A DNA stretch of 64,000 bases from Escherichia coli (GTDB lineage: Bacteria > Pseudomonadota > Gammaproteobacteria > Enterobacterales > Enterobacteriaceae), in assembly GCF_030013205.1 (NCBI RefSeq), contig NZ_CP122648.1, one strand, 5' to 3'. The stretch's first letter is position 1. Each line of letters opens with the position of its first letter. The position numbers and the translations under genes are program-made. The notes under the pieces were generated by a model. It saw only the letters and a list, made by a program, of their open reading frames with translations. It searched no databases and was not told the DNA's origin. Positions 1-10,542 of the stretch are shown here, piece by piece.

Positions 1-824
1 GTCATCTGGATCAGCCCCTGTCGCTCGACAATGTAGCGGCGAAAGCAGGTTATTCCAAGTGGCACTTACAGAGAATGTTTAAAGATGTCACTGGCCATGC
101 TATTGGCGCGTATATTCGTGCTCGTCGTTTGTCGAAATCGGCGGTCGCACTACGCCTGACTGCGCGTCCGATTCTGGACATCGCGCTGCAATACCGCTTC
201 GACTCTCAACAGACATTTACCCGCGCATTCAAGAAGCAGTTTGCCCAGACTCCTGCACTTTACCGCCGTTCTCCTGAATGGAGCGCCTTTGGTATTCGCC
301 CGCCGCTACGTCTGGGTGAATTCACTATGCCAGAGCACAAATTTGTCACCCTGGAAGATACGCCGCTGATTGGTGTTACCCAGAGCTACTCCTGTTCGCT
401 GGAGCAAATCTCTGATTTCCGCCATGAAATGCGTTATCAGTTCTGGCACGATTTTCTCGGCAACGCGCCGACCATTCCGCCGGTGCTCTACGGCCTGAAT
501 GAAACGCGTCCGAGTCAGGATAAAGACGACGAACAAGAGGTATTCTATACCACCGCGTTAGCCCAGGATCAGGCAGATGGCTATGTACTGACGGGGCATC
601 CGGTGATGCTGCAGGGCGGCGAATATGTGATGTTTACCTATGAAGGTCTGGGAACCGGCGTGCAGGAGTTTATCCTGACGGTATATGGAACATGCATGCC
701 AATGCTCAACCTGACGCGCCGTAAAGGTCAGGATATTGAGCGATACTACCCGGCAGAAGATGCCAAAGCAGGAGATCGCCCAATTAATCTGCGCTGTGAA
801 CTGCTGATTCCGATCCGTCGTTAA
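1..824 (+). CDS. rob: Rob, right-origin-binding AraC/XylS-family regulator (5' end cut by window edge)
   Basis: In frame from nt 3. The translation ..HLDQPLSLDNVAAKAGYSKWHLQRMFKDVTGH.. through ..LLIPIRR stop matches E. coli Rob as I recall it. gpmB is adjacent, as in K-12. Confidence 0.95.
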   Translation, partial: HLDQPLSLDNVAAKAGYSKWHLQRMFKDVTGHAIGAYIRARRLSKSAVALRLTARPILDIALQYRFDSQQTFTRAFKKQFAQTPALYRRSPEWSAFGIRPPLRLGEFTMPEHKFVTLEDTPLIGVTQSYSCSLEQISDFRHEMRYQFWHDFLGNAPTIPPVLYGLNETRPSQDKDDEQEVFYTTALAQDQADGYVLTGHPVMLQGGEYVMFTYEGLGTGVQEFILTVYGTCMPMLNLTRRKGQDIERYYPAEDAKAGDRPINLRCELLIPIRR

Positions 825-1468
825 CGCTGCAACTCATCTAATGCAGGGGCGTCCAGATGCGAGATGTCCCCTGCGGTTTCAACGACCCAGCCAGACGCCA
901 GCCACAGGCTTTCCTGATAATCCACGCGCGAAATAGAACAGTTACGCAGACGTAAGCGGCGCTCTGCCCATGCTGGTAATCCGAGAATCGTACTCACCAG
1001 GCATCCCAGTGCAATACCATGACTCACCAGCAGCGGTCGGCTTCCCTGCGGTAAGTCCCGGCAAGATTCCAGTGCCGCATTGACGCGATCGCTGAGCTCC
1101 TGCATTGACTCGCCTTCAGGAATACGCCCGTCAACGGTGCCATTGACCAGCTGCCGACGCCAGTTCTCTTCTTCTTCGGTCAGAGAATCGATATGTCTTT
1201 TTTCCAGCACACCCATGTTTAATTCACGCAGGCGAGAATCAAAGATGATGTCACAGCCGCAGGCCTGGGCGATGATTTCCGCCGTACGCCGGGTGCGTCC
1301 TAAATCGCTACTGATGATATGCGTAATGCCAAGCTCTTTGGCACGGGTTGCCACCTGCATCGCCTGTTGCTCACCTTTGGCGGTCAGCGGGCTGTCAGAC
1401 TGGCCCTGAATACGTCGCTCGGCGTTCCACTGCGTTTCACCGTGGCGGACTAGGTATACCTGTAACAT
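821..1468 (-). CDS. gpmB: Probable phosphoglycerate mutase GpmB (histidine phosphatase family)
   Basis: 215-aa ORF MLQVYLVRHGETQWNAERRIQGQSD.. with the RHGE motif. Matches K-12 GpmB/YtjC, and synteny agrees. Confidence 0.95.
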   Translation of the reverse strand: MLQVYLVRHGETQWNAERRIQGQSDSPLTAKGEQQAMQVATRAKELGITHIISSDLGRTRRTAEIIAQACGCDIIFDSRLRELNMGVLEKRHIDSLTEEEENWRRQLVNGTVDGRIPEGESMQELSDRVNAALESCRDLPQGSRPLLVSHGIALGCLVSTILGLPAWAERRLRLRNCSISRVDYQESLWLASGWVVETAGDISHLDAPALDELQR

Positions 1469-1507
1469 GCTTTTTTTCCGTATACTGCTGTAACGTTAAT
1501 TTTCTGA

Positions 1508-2370
<863 letters not shown>

Positions 2371-2402
2371 TTAGCGGGGGAAGCAAAATGCCTCCCCCGG
2401 TT

Positions 2403-2420
2403 GTACTCGCTAAAGAGTAC
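2403..2420. promoter_or_regulatory. TrpR operator (trpR autoregulation)
   Basis: GTACTCGCTAAAGAGTAC is a near-perfect palindrome of the GTACT..AGTAC Trp-repressor box type. It lies 48 bp upstream of the trpR start. Confidence 0.6.
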
Positions 2421-2444
2421 GATAGCATATCATAAACGTGCGGA

Positions 2445-4382
2445 TCAGTAACGACGTCCCCATTCCGTGGCGCTCATCAATGTCGGTTTATCCCCCATGA
2501 AATAGCGGTAGTAAGCGTCATAAGCCAGCACGTTCTTCACATAACCGCGCGTCTCGGAGAACGGAATACTCTCGACAAATGCCACTGCGTCGATACGCCC
2601 GGCGCTGTTGCCAAGCCAGGTTCGCACCCGCCCTGGTCCGGCGTTATAAGCTGCTGAGGAGAAAATACGGTTATTACCAAACTGCTGATAAACATATTGC
2701 AGGTAACTGGTGCCAATGTTGATGTTCGTTTCCGGATCCAGCAATTGTCCTGGGCTGCTATAACCAGGAATAGAGAACATCTTCACCGTATGGGTCGCCG
2801 TGCCCGGCATAATCTGCATCAGGCCGCTGGCCCCTACCGGCGATTTCACTTTCGGATTCCAGGCACTCTCCTGACGGGCAATCGCCATCGCATAGCTTTG
2901 CGGGATCTCCTTCCCACTGGTGTAACGTTTGAAAAGATCGTTGTAGGCCAGCGGGAATCGTTCTTCCAGATGATCCCAAAGCTTCCCGGCGATCGTTGCC
3001 TGAACGCTAAGATCCCACCATTGGTTATTGAAAGCATACCGAGCCAGTTGCGCCTGCTCTGTTTTTGACTTGCTCTTCACCAGATTGGCCCACTCGCTAC
3101 GCGCGGTGTTATCGAGATTCCAGTACATCAACTCGCGCACGCGCGCCATCTCCGGCCCCTGAGTCAGGGCGCTGTCAACATTCTGCGGCGCTTTATCAAT
3201 CTTCAGCTCATACTCTTCTCCGATGCGTTGTGCTGCAACCATCGGGTAGAAACCACGCTGTTGCATGAGTTGATGCAAAATCTCTTTTGCTTCAGCTTCA
3301 CGTCCGCGTTCCAGCAGTAAATCCGCCTGCCAGTAACGCCATTCATCTTTCTCTTTCGCCTCCATCGGCAAACGCGCCAGCCAGGTATTCAGGCCGCGAC
3401 GATCGCCGGTGCCAAGCGCCATTCGCACACGGCGTTCAATAAGCGAAGTAGATTGCGAACGCATAATGGCGTCATCACGCCATTTCGCCTGTTCGTCGGT
3501 GACATCGTTGCCCATCAAACGCCAGGCGACGATATCGCGCAGCTCCTGAATCTGATCTTCATTAAGCTGCTGCGCCTGGGCAAGCGACGGGATCATCAGC
3601 CGTGCATTTTCAGCATCCTGCCGCGCCACACTGGCAAACGCCACCGCCGCCATTTGACGGGTAAAATCGGTCGCTCCGGTTGTACGCGCGAAGGTCAGTA
3701 CCGTATTAGGATTGTTCGCCAGTGAAATAATTGCCGAAGCGATAGTCTGGTAATCGGCAGGCATCTGCCCTGCCAGCACTGTTACCAGGCCAGTGTTACC
3801 CGCTTTCATCGCCAGACGGATACGCTCTAAATACGCCAGCGGATCTTGTTTACCTGACGCACGCCAGACGCTAAATAACTTGTCACAGGCGTTAGGCTGG
3901 CTCTTGCCGGTTAGCCACAGCTCTTTCGCCCCTTGCCAGGCTTCTTCACTCTGCCCGGTATTCCATTTCGCATAGTAGTAATTACATTGCGCTTCGGTAG
4001 TTCCGGGCTTTTCCGGGCTAAAGGCTAACAAGCCACGCCAGTCTTCACGCCGCGCCAGTTCATTGACGAAACGAGATTGCAGCGTGCGAGCGGGAGGAAG
4101 CGTGGGGTTAGCGCGAACAAAGTTAGTGACCGTCACCGCCGGTTGATTCATCAGGTCATCGGTGATCTGACGGTATTCCAGGTAGGGATAAAGCGGATAA
4201 TCCTTCAGTCCCGGCATCATTTGTTCGACCACATCCATTTGTCGATTATCCCAGGCCTGCTTGATTTGGGCGTAGCGGCTACGCTGCTCATCCAGTGAGT
4301 CGGCTCGCGCCACGCTGCTGACCGTCAGCAGACAGACACCGGCAGCCAACAGCCGCCAGGTAACGTGTTTGGCTTTTTCCAC
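2445..4382 (-). CDS. slt: Soluble lytic murein transglycosylase Slt70
   Basis: The ORF matches Slt70. The GTG at 4382 (..VEKAKHVTWRLLAAGVCLL..) gives the 645-aa K-12 length. The signal peptide and C-terminal ESAWNP..GLMQIMP lysozyme-like motif are present. Confidence 0.95.
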   Translation of the reverse strand: MEKAKHVTWRLLAAGVCLLTVSSVARADSLDEQRSRYAQIKQAWDNRQMDVVEQMMPGLKDYPLYPYLEYRQITDDLMNQPAVTVTNFVRANPTLPPARTLQSRFVNELARREDWRGLLAFSPEKPGTTEAQCNYYYAKWNTGQSEEAWQGAKELWLTGKSQPNACDKLFSVWRASGKQDPLAYLERIRLAMKAGNTGLVTVLAGQMPADYQTIASAIISLANNPNTVLTFARTTGATDFTRQMAAVAFASVARQDAENARLMIPSLAQAQQLNEDQIQELRDIVAWRLMGNDVTDEQAKWRDDAIMRSQSTSLIERRVRMALGTGDRRGLNTWLARLPMEAKEKDEWRYWQADLLLERGREAEAKEILHQLMQQRGFYPMVAAQRIGEEYELKIDKAPQNVDSALTQGPEMARVRELMYWNLDNTARSEWANLVKSKSKTEQAQLARYAFNNQWWDLSVQATIAGKLWDHLEERFPLAYNDLFKRYTSGKEIPQSYAMAIARQESAWNPKVKSPVGASGLMQIMPGTATHTVKMFSIPGYSSPGQLLDPETNINIGTSYLQYVYQQFGNNRIFSSAAYNAGPGRVRTWLGNSAGRIDAVAFVESIPFSETRGYVKNVLAYDAYYRYFMGDKPTLMSATEWGRRY

Positions 4383-4592
4383 AAGCGCATCCTCTAAGTG
4401 TAAATACATCAATGCAGCGTCTTGCCGCGTAATAGATTTATGCTAACCAGTCATTGCCGTTTACGCCACGTTACGGACACTTTTTTACTTTTATCGGGAG
4501 GGTGATCGACCGGCTGGGATTAGATAAGGAAACAGGCTACACTTCGCCTTTGAAAACTCATCATCACTATAAACATAGAGGCGAAGTCCAAC

Positions 4593-6260
4593 GTGGCTCA
4601 ATTCGTTTATACCATGCATCGTGTCGGCAAAGTTGTTCCGCCGAAACGTCATATTTTGAAAAACATCTCTCTGAGTTTCTTCCCTGGGGCAAAAATTGGT
4701 GTCCTGGGTCTGAACGGCGCGGGTAAGTCCACCCTGCTGCGCATTATGGCGGGCATTGATAAAGACATCGAAGGCGAAGCGCGTCCGCAACCGGATATCA
4801 AGATTGGTTATCTGCCGCAGGAACCGCAGCTGAACCCGGAACACACCGTGCGTGAGTCCATTGAAGAAGCGGTTTCTGAAGTGGTTAACGCCCTGAAACG
4901 CCTGGATGAAGTGTATGCGCTGTACGCCGATCCGGATGCCGATTTTGACAAGCTGGCCGCTGAACAAGGCCGTCTGGAAGAGATCATTCAGGCTCACGAC
5001 GGTCACAACCTGAACGTTCAGCTGGAGCGTGCGGCGGATGCGCTGCGTCTGCCGGACTGGGACGCGAAAATCGCTAACCTCTCCGGTGGTGAGCGTCGTC
5101 GCGTAGCGTTGTGCCGCCTGCTGCTGGAAAAACCAGACATGCTGCTGCTCGACGAACCGACCAACCACCTGGATGCCGAATCCGTGGCGTGGCTGGAACG
5201 CTTCCTGCACGACTTCGAAGGCACCGTTGTGGCGATTACCCACGACCGTTACTTCCTCGATAACGTGGCGGGCTGGATCCTCGAACTGGACCGTGGTGAA
5301 GGTATTCCGTGGGAAGGTAACTACTCCTCCTGGCTGGAGCAGAAAGATCAACGTCTGGCGCAGGAAGCTTCACAAGAAGCTGCGCGTCGTAAGTCGATTG
5401 AGAAAGAGCTGGAGTGGGTACGTCAGGGGACTAAAGGCCGTCAGTCGAAAGGTAAAGCACGTCTGGCGCGTTTTGAAGAGCTGAACAGCACCGAATATCA
5501 GAAACGTAACGAAACCAACGAACTGTTTATTCCACCGGGACCGCGTCTTGGCGATAAAGTGCTGGAAGTCAACAACCTGCGTAAATCCTATGGCGATCGT
5601 CTGCTGATTGATGACCTGAGCTTCTCGATCCCGAAAGGAGCGATCGTCGGGATCATCGGTCCGAACGGTGCGGGTAAATCGACCCTGTTCCGTATGATCT
5701 CCGGTCAGGAACAGCCGGACAGCGGCACCATCACTTTAGGTGAAACGGTGAAACTGGCATCGGTTGATCAGTTCCGTGACTCAATGGATAACAGCAAAAC
5801 CGTTTGGGAAGAAGTTTCCGGCGGGCTGGATATCATGAAGATCGGCAACACCGAGATGCCAAGCCGTGCCTACGTTGGCCGCTTTAACTTTAAAGGGGTT
5901 GATCAGGGTAAACGCGTTGGTGAACTCTCCGGCGGTGAGCGCGGTCGTCTGCATCTGGCGAAGCTGCTGCAAGTTGGCGGCAACATGTTGCTGCTCGACG
6001 AACCGACCAACGACCTGGATATCGAAACCCTGCGTGCGCTGGAAAACGCCCTGCTGGAGTTCCCGGGCTGCGCGATGGTTATCTCGCACGACCGTTGGTT
6101 CCTCGACCGTATCGCCACGCACATCCTGGACTACCAGGATGAAGGTAAAGTTGAGTTCTTCGAAGGTAACTTTACCGAGTACGAAGAGTACAAGAAACGC
6201 ACGCTGGGCGCAGACGCGCTGGAGCCGAAGCGTATCAAGTACAAGCGTATTGCGAAGTAA
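4593..6260 (+). CDS. ettA: Energy-dependent translational throttle ABC-F ATPase EttA
   Basis: 555 aa from the GTG start, MAQFVYTMHRVGKVVPPKRHILKNISL... Two Walker A motifs (GLNGAGKST, GPNGAGKST) and two LSGGE signatures are present. Matches EttA/YjjK. Confidence 0.96.
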   Translation: MAQFVYTMHRVGKVVPPKRHILKNISLSFFPGAKIGVLGLNGAGKSTLLRIMAGIDKDIEGEARPQPDIKIGYLPQEPQLNPEHTVRESIEEAVSEVVNALKRLDEVYALYADPDADFDKLAAEQGRLEEIIQAHDGHNLNVQLERAADALRLPDWDAKIANLSGGERRRVALCRLLLEKPDMLLLDEPTNHLDAESVAWLERFLHDFEGTVVAITHDRYFLDNVAGWILELDRGEGIPWEGNYSSWLEQKDQRLAQEASQEAARRKSIEKELEWVRQGTKGRQSKGKARLARFEELNSTEYQKRNETNELFIPPGPRLGDKVLEVNNLRKSYGDRLLIDDLSFSIPKGAIVGIIGPNGAGKSTLFRMISGQEQPDSGTITLGETVKLASVDQFRDSMDNSKTVWEEVSGGLDIMKIGNTEMPSRAYVGRFNFKGVDQGKRVGELSGGERGRLHLAKLLQVGGNMLLLDEPTNDLDIETLRALENALLEFPGCAMVISHDRWFLDRIATHILDYQDEGKVEFFEGNFTEYEEYKKRTLGADALEPKRIKYKRIAK

Positions 6261-6270
6261 TGCATAAAAT

Positions 6271-6301
6271 GCCGGATGCGGCGCGCCAGCATCGCATCCG
6301 G
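6271..6301. repeat. REP-like hairpin, probable ettA terminator
   Basis: GCCGGATGCG..CGCATCCGG inverted repeat immediately after the ettA stop. Confidence 0.55.
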
Positions 6302-6415
6302 TATTAGTTAAATGATTAGTCCCCGGAAAAAGGCAGAATTTTCTTTAAGCGTATTAGCTCAGATGCGGACTGACACCTCAAATCAAGCGGGAACTCATGG
6401 TTCCCGCTTAACGTT

Positions 6416-7303
6416 TTATTCACCGCGCAGGATCTGGCGGAAATGGGAAACCAGCGGACGTTGGTTGGCTTTATGCCAGGCTGCCCATAATTGCGTTGAA
6501 TAATTCATCCACGGCAATTCACGTAATACCACCCCTTCCGGCGCATTATGACGCAGACTATGTTGAATTAAGGCCAGACCTAATCCCGCAGCGACCAAAC
6601 CTAATGCCGTGAGGGGTTCACCCGCTTCCAGGCGAATATCAGGATTAAACCCGGCGTTAACACAGGCGGCGACAAAATGATCGCGAGAATGCGCATCGTC
6701 GTTATGAATCACCGCAATCCACTGCTCATCGCCAAGTTGTGACGCGACAAGGTTTTCCTCCTGCGCCAGAGGATGATTTTGCGGTAAGGCCAACAACATT
6801 CGATCATCCAGAACCTGAATATATTCCAGATCCTGCTCGCTGTCGGTGGGCGGCGTATCGACCAGAGAAAAATCGAGACTGCGCTGGCGCAGGCCTTCAA
6901 TCTGGGTAGCCGGTGGTTGGCTGTAAAGTGCGATATGCACATTCGGACGCGATACACGTAACGTACGTAGCGCCGTAGAAAGCACACCGGAATGCATGGC
7001 GTTTTCGATATAGCCAATACACAAGCCACCATCTTCCCCCCGTCCCAGGCGTTTGCCTAACGACTCCAGGCGGTTGGCGTGTGTCAGCAACGAACGTGTT
7101 TCGGCAAGGAATGTCTGTCCATCAGCGGTCAGGCGAATGCGCTGCTGATTACGCTCAAACAGCGTCAGCCCCAGCCGTTCTTCCAGTTGTGCAATCTGGC
7201 GGCTCAGCGGTGATTGCGAGATATGTAATCGCTCGGCTGCGCGTCCCACGTGCTCTTCTTCTGCGACCACCACGAAGTACTTCAGTTGGCGTAAATCAAT
7301 CAT
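6416..7303 (-). CDS. LysR-family transcriptional regulator
   Basis: ATG at 7303 gives MIDLRQLKYFVVVAEEEHVGRAAERLHISQSPLSRQIAQLEERLGLTLFER, a typical LysR wHTH N-terminus. It is divergent from the downstream reductase operon. Confidence 0.85.
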   Translation of the reverse strand: MIDLRQLKYFVVVAEEEHVGRAAERLHISQSPLSRQIAQLEERLGLTLFERNQQRIRLTADGQTFLAETRSLLTHANRLESLGKRLGRGEDGGLCIGYIENAMHSGVLSTALRTLRVSRPNVHIALYSQPPATQIEGLRQRSLDFSLVDTPPTDSEQDLEYIQVLDDRMLLALPQNHPLAQEENLVASQLGDEQWIAVIHNDDAHSRDHFVAACVNAGFNPDIRLEAGEPLTALGLVAAGLGLALIQHSLRHNAPEGVVLRELPWMNYSTQLWAAWHKANQRPLVSHFRQILRGE

Positions 7304-7436
7304 GTTAGACCTCAAAGGACTTAAGTCAGACGAATTATGTCCTATCAAGTCACAACATCGCAAGGTATTGTGATCCACGTCACAGGGCGATAGCAAAAAA
7401 ATGCCCTAACCCAAACCGAATAATTGAGGACATCTT

Positions 7437-8447
7437 ATGAGCATCAAAAATTTACTTCCCGGCAAAATTGGCTTAGGCGGCGCACCACTCGGCAACATGT
7501 TCCGTGCCATTCCGGAAGACGAGGCCCACGCCACCGTGAGCGAAGCCTGGAACCTGGGCGTGCGTTACTTTGATACCGCGCCGCTGTACGGCTCTGGCCT
7601 TTCTGAAATCCGCATGGGCGAAGCGCTGTCTCAGTATCCACGTGATGAATACGTTCTGAGCAGCAAAGTCGGCCGCATCATGCTGGACGAAATGGAAGAT
7701 CCGGCAAAACGTGATTTCGGTGAAAAAGGTGGCCTGTTCGAACATGGCCTGAAAAACAAAATTCTGAATGACTACTCTGCTGACGCCACGCTGCGCTCGA
7801 TTGAAGACAGCCTGAAACGCCTGAAAACAGATCGTCTGGATATTGTCTGGATCCACGACCCGGCGCAGGACTTCTACGGTGACAGCTGGCTGGAGCAGTT
7901 CAACATAGCCCGTACCGGTGCGTTTCGTGCGCTGACGCGTTTGCGTGACGAAGGTGTGATTAAAGCCTGGGGACTGGGTGTGAATCGCGTCGAACCTTGC
8001 GAACTGACGCTGGCGCTGGACGAACCGAAGCCGGATGCGTTCCTGCTGGCGGGGCGTTATTCCCTGCTGGATCACGAACGTGCGCTGCAACGCCTGATGC
8101 CAGAAGCACTGGAACAGAACGTGGATATTGTTGTGGGCGGTCCGTACAGCTCTGGCGTACTGGCAGGCGGCGAGCACTTTGAATATCAGAAAGCTTCTGC
8201 GGCCATCCAGCAGAAAGTGGCGCAAATTAACACCATTGCCACACGTTTCAATGTGAACGTTAAAGCAGCTGCGCTGCAGTTCGCGCTGGCAAACCCGGCC
8301 GTTGCGGCGGTTATTCCTGGCTCCAGCCGTCCTGGCCGTATGGCAGAAGATCTGGCTGCACTGAATGCGCCTGTTCCGGCTGAATTCTGGGCAGAAATGC
8401 GCCGTCAAAATCTGGTTGCGGAAAACGCTCCACTGCCGACCCGTTAA
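7437..8447 (+). CDS. Aldo-keto reductase family oxidoreductase
   Basis: 336 aa with ..LGGAPLGNMF..YFDTAPLYGSGLSE..VWIHDP.., the AKR catalytic D/Y/K/H context. Has a clean RBS (GAGGA) and start. Confidence 0.85.
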   Translation: MSIKNLLPGKIGLGGAPLGNMFRAIPEDEAHATVSEAWNLGVRYFDTAPLYGSGLSEIRMGEALSQYPRDEYVLSSKVGRIMLDEMEDPAKRDFGEKGGLFEHGLKNKILNDYSADATLRSIEDSLKRLKTDRLDIVWIHDPAQDFYGDSWLEQFNIARTGAFRALTRLRDEGVIKAWGLGVNRVEPCELTLALDEPKPDAFLLAGRYSLLDHERALQRLMPEALEQNVDIVVGGPYSSGVLAGGEHFEYQKASAAIQQKVAQINTIATRFNVNVKAAALQFALANPAVAAVIPGSSRPGRMAEDLAALNAPVPAEFWAEMRRQNLVAENAPLPTR

Positions 8448-8466
8448 TCAACCTGGTGAGAAAACG

Positions 8467-9264
8467 ATGAAACTGGATCTGACAGGTAAAGTCGCGGTGG
8501 TCAGCGGCTCAACCTCCGGCATTGGGCAGGGTATCGCCGCCGGACTGGCAAAAGCAGGCGCAACGGTGGTTGTCGTCGGCCGTAAACAGCGCGGCGTTGA
8601 TGACGCCATGGCTGCGATTGCGGCACAAACTCCCACGGCGTCACTGCGTGGCGTGGTGGCCGACCTCAGCACCGAAGACGGCGTGACTGCGCTGATCGCT
8701 GCAGTCCCAACGGCTGATGTGCTGGTCAATAATCTGGGCATTTTCAACGATAAAGATTTCTTTAGCGTTCCGGATGATGAGTGGCTGCACTTCTATAACG
8801 TCAACGTCCTCTCCGGCGTTCGTCTGGCGCGTCACTATGCGCCAGGCATGACGGAACAGGGCTGGGGGCGGATTATCTTTGTCTCGTCCGAATCCGGCGT
8901 GGCAATTCCTGGCGACATGATCAACTACGGCGTCACCAAAGCTGCGAATCTGGCGGTTTCTCATGGTCTGGCGAAACGACTGGCAGGGACCGGTGTGACC
9001 GTCAACGCCATTCTGCCAGGGCCAACCTTTACCGATGGCCTGAAAGAGATACTGGCGGATGCCGCTGCACAATCGGGGCGCAGTGCGCGTGAACAGGCCG
9101 ATGAGTTTGTTAAAACCTCGCGTCCGAGCTCCATCATCCAGCGTGCGGCGGATGTGGAGGAAGTAGCGAATCTGGCGGTTTATCTCGCGTCACCGCTTTC
9201 CTCGGCAACCACAGGGGCAGCTCTGCGCGTCGATGGCGGTGTCGTCGACACCCTGACTATGTAA
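8467..9264 (+). CDS. Short-chain dehydrogenase/reductase (SDR)
   Basis: ATG at 8467 gives MKLDLTGKVAVVSGSTSGIGQGIA (TGxxxGIG Rossmann motif), plus the YGVTKAA (YxxxK) catalytic motif. Confidence 0.85.
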   Translation: MKLDLTGKVAVVSGSTSGIGQGIAAGLAKAGATVVVVGRKQRGVDDAMAAIAAQTPTASLRGVVADLSTEDGVTALIAAVPTADVLVNNLGIFNDKDFFSVPDDEWLHFYNVNVLSGVRLARHYAPGMTEQGWGRIIFVSSESGVAIPGDMINYGVTKAANLAVSHGLAKRLAGTGVTVNAILPGPTFTDGLKEILADAAAQSGRSAREQADEFVKTSRPSSIIQRAADVEEVANLAVYLASPLSSATTGAALRVDGGVVDTLTM

Positions 9265-9289
9265 CCCTATAAATTAAGAGAAAATTATC

Positions 9290-9706
9290 ATGGCTAAAAC
9301 AACTGTATCGATCGAAATTCCGGCTTCTGCCGACGCCGTATGGCAATTGATGGGCGGCTTTGATGCGCTGCCAGACTGGCTGCCGTTCATCCCGAAAAGC
9401 GTAGTGACAGAAGGCGGTCGCGTTCGTTCGCTGACAACCTCTGACGGCGGCACTGTGGTTGAACGTCTGGAAGCGTTTGATAACCGTCAACGCAGTTATA
9501 CCTATTCCATTATTCAGGCACCGTTCCCGGTGGTGGATTACCTCTCCACCATTACCGTTCATGAAACCGCCGACAGCCAGGTTTCCCGTGTGGAATGGTT
9601 CGGTGAATTCACCCCGGTGAATGTGACGAACGAAGAGGCCGAAGCGCTGTTTACCGGCATCTATCGGGATGGTCTCAAGGCGCTGAAGGACAACTTTGTT
9701 GCCTGA
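9290..9706 (+). CDS. SRPBCC (polyketide cyclase/START-like) small protein
   Basis: 138 aa, tightly coupled to the SDR gene. The size and sequence pattern suggest the SRPBCC fold; this call is from memory only. Confidence 0.6.
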   Translation: MAKTTVSIEIPASADAVWQLMGGFDALPDWLPFIPKSVVTEGGRVRSLTTSDGGTVVERLEAFDNRQRSYTYSIIQAPFPVVDYLSTITVHETADSQVSRVEWFGEFTPVNVTNEEAEALFTGIYRDGLKALKDNFVA

Positions 9707-9863
9707 TGCGATCGACAGGCGTCGGAACGTCCGGCGTCTGATTATTAACAAAATCAGAATAGTCTATTGCCATTTGTATCATTTATGTTATCAGGCAGTA
9801 GGCGTATTCTCTCCCCATCGCGTTAATAAACGCCAAACAATTAAGACACTCTGGAATATAAAC

Positions 9864-10076
9864 ATGAAAACGATCATCGCAATTTTTACGGCTTCTCTTT
9901 TCTCTGTCGCGGCGTTTAACGCATCGGCGCAAAGCGTGACAGCAACCGGTACAACACTGGATTCCGCTGAAGCGGTTATTGCGCAGAAAGCGAAAGAGAT
10001 GAACGCCTCTGAATACAAAATTACCAGCGCTCGCATGGGCAATACCGTCACCATGAGTGCCGAACTGTACAAATAA
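9864..10076 (+). CDS. YdgH/BhsA/McbA-family (DUF1471) secreted small protein
   Basis: ATG at 9864 gives MKTIIAIFTASLFSVAAFNASA, a signal peptide. The mature part ends ..YKITSARMGNTVTMSAELYK, typical of DUF1471. Confidence 0.75.
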   Translation: MKTIIAIFTASLFSVAAFNASAQSVTATGTTLDSAEAVIAQKAKEMNASEYKITSARMGNTVTMSAELYK

Positions 10077-10124
10077 CCGCACGAGAGACCCATTACGTAA
10101 TTTGCTAAATATGCGCTGAATGCG

Positions 10125-10440
10125 TTGCCATTAATAAACCGTATTGTAATGCCACCGATGACGCGTTCCCGTGCGGGTGCGGGTGACGTTGCGATTGACA
10201 TGATGGCGGAGTATTACGCGCAGCGCGCCAGTGCAGAACTTATCATCAGCGAAGGTACGCAAATCAGCAGAAGCGCTGCGCATAATTTTCCACGGCCCGC
10301 TGATTTACTCCGGTAAATAGACCAAAGCGCGCGCCGAAGCGGACTGTCAGATTTGATTGCATTCTGGCTACGCAACTGATCGGTTGGAGTATGAAGTTGC
10401 TCACGAATAGCCTTAGCATCTGCAATTTCGTAGCGGGTCA
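10125..10440 (+). pseudogene. Old-yellow-enzyme (NemA-like) flavin oxidoreductase remnant
   Basis: An N-terminal OYE signature (LINRIVMPPMTRSRAG..EYYAQRAS..IISEGTQIS) runs into C-terminal-type sequence (..FHGPLIYSGK stop) with frame changes. This indicates an internal deletion plus decay. Confidence 0.6.
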
Positions 10441-10542
10441 CCCGTGCAGGTTCTTTCTAATCTCAACAGCCTCTTCCAGAGAGTTTTTCAACTCATCAAA
10501 AAAACTCAATTTATACCTCGCCTTTGAGCCGTTTCATCACGG

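Noticed and set aside
4491-5351. Long antisense ORFs opposite well-supported genes. Examples are 4491-5351 vs ettA, 7473-8408 vs the AKR gene, 16532-17185 vs deoD, 17353-18165 vs deoB, 18442-19341 vs deoA, 19972-20748 vs deoC, 26089-26781 vs osmY, 28134-28832 vs prfC and 13354-13974 vs serB.
   Set aside because: Each lies entirely within a gene whose product I recognise on the other strand. Their translations are Arg/His/Val-rich and low-complexity, typical of codon-bias shadow frames, and none has an RBS or start context.
10214-10441. A 75-aa minus-strand ORF in the ettA-nadR islet.
   Set aside because: It overlaps the decayed OYE remnant on the other strand and has no independent support.
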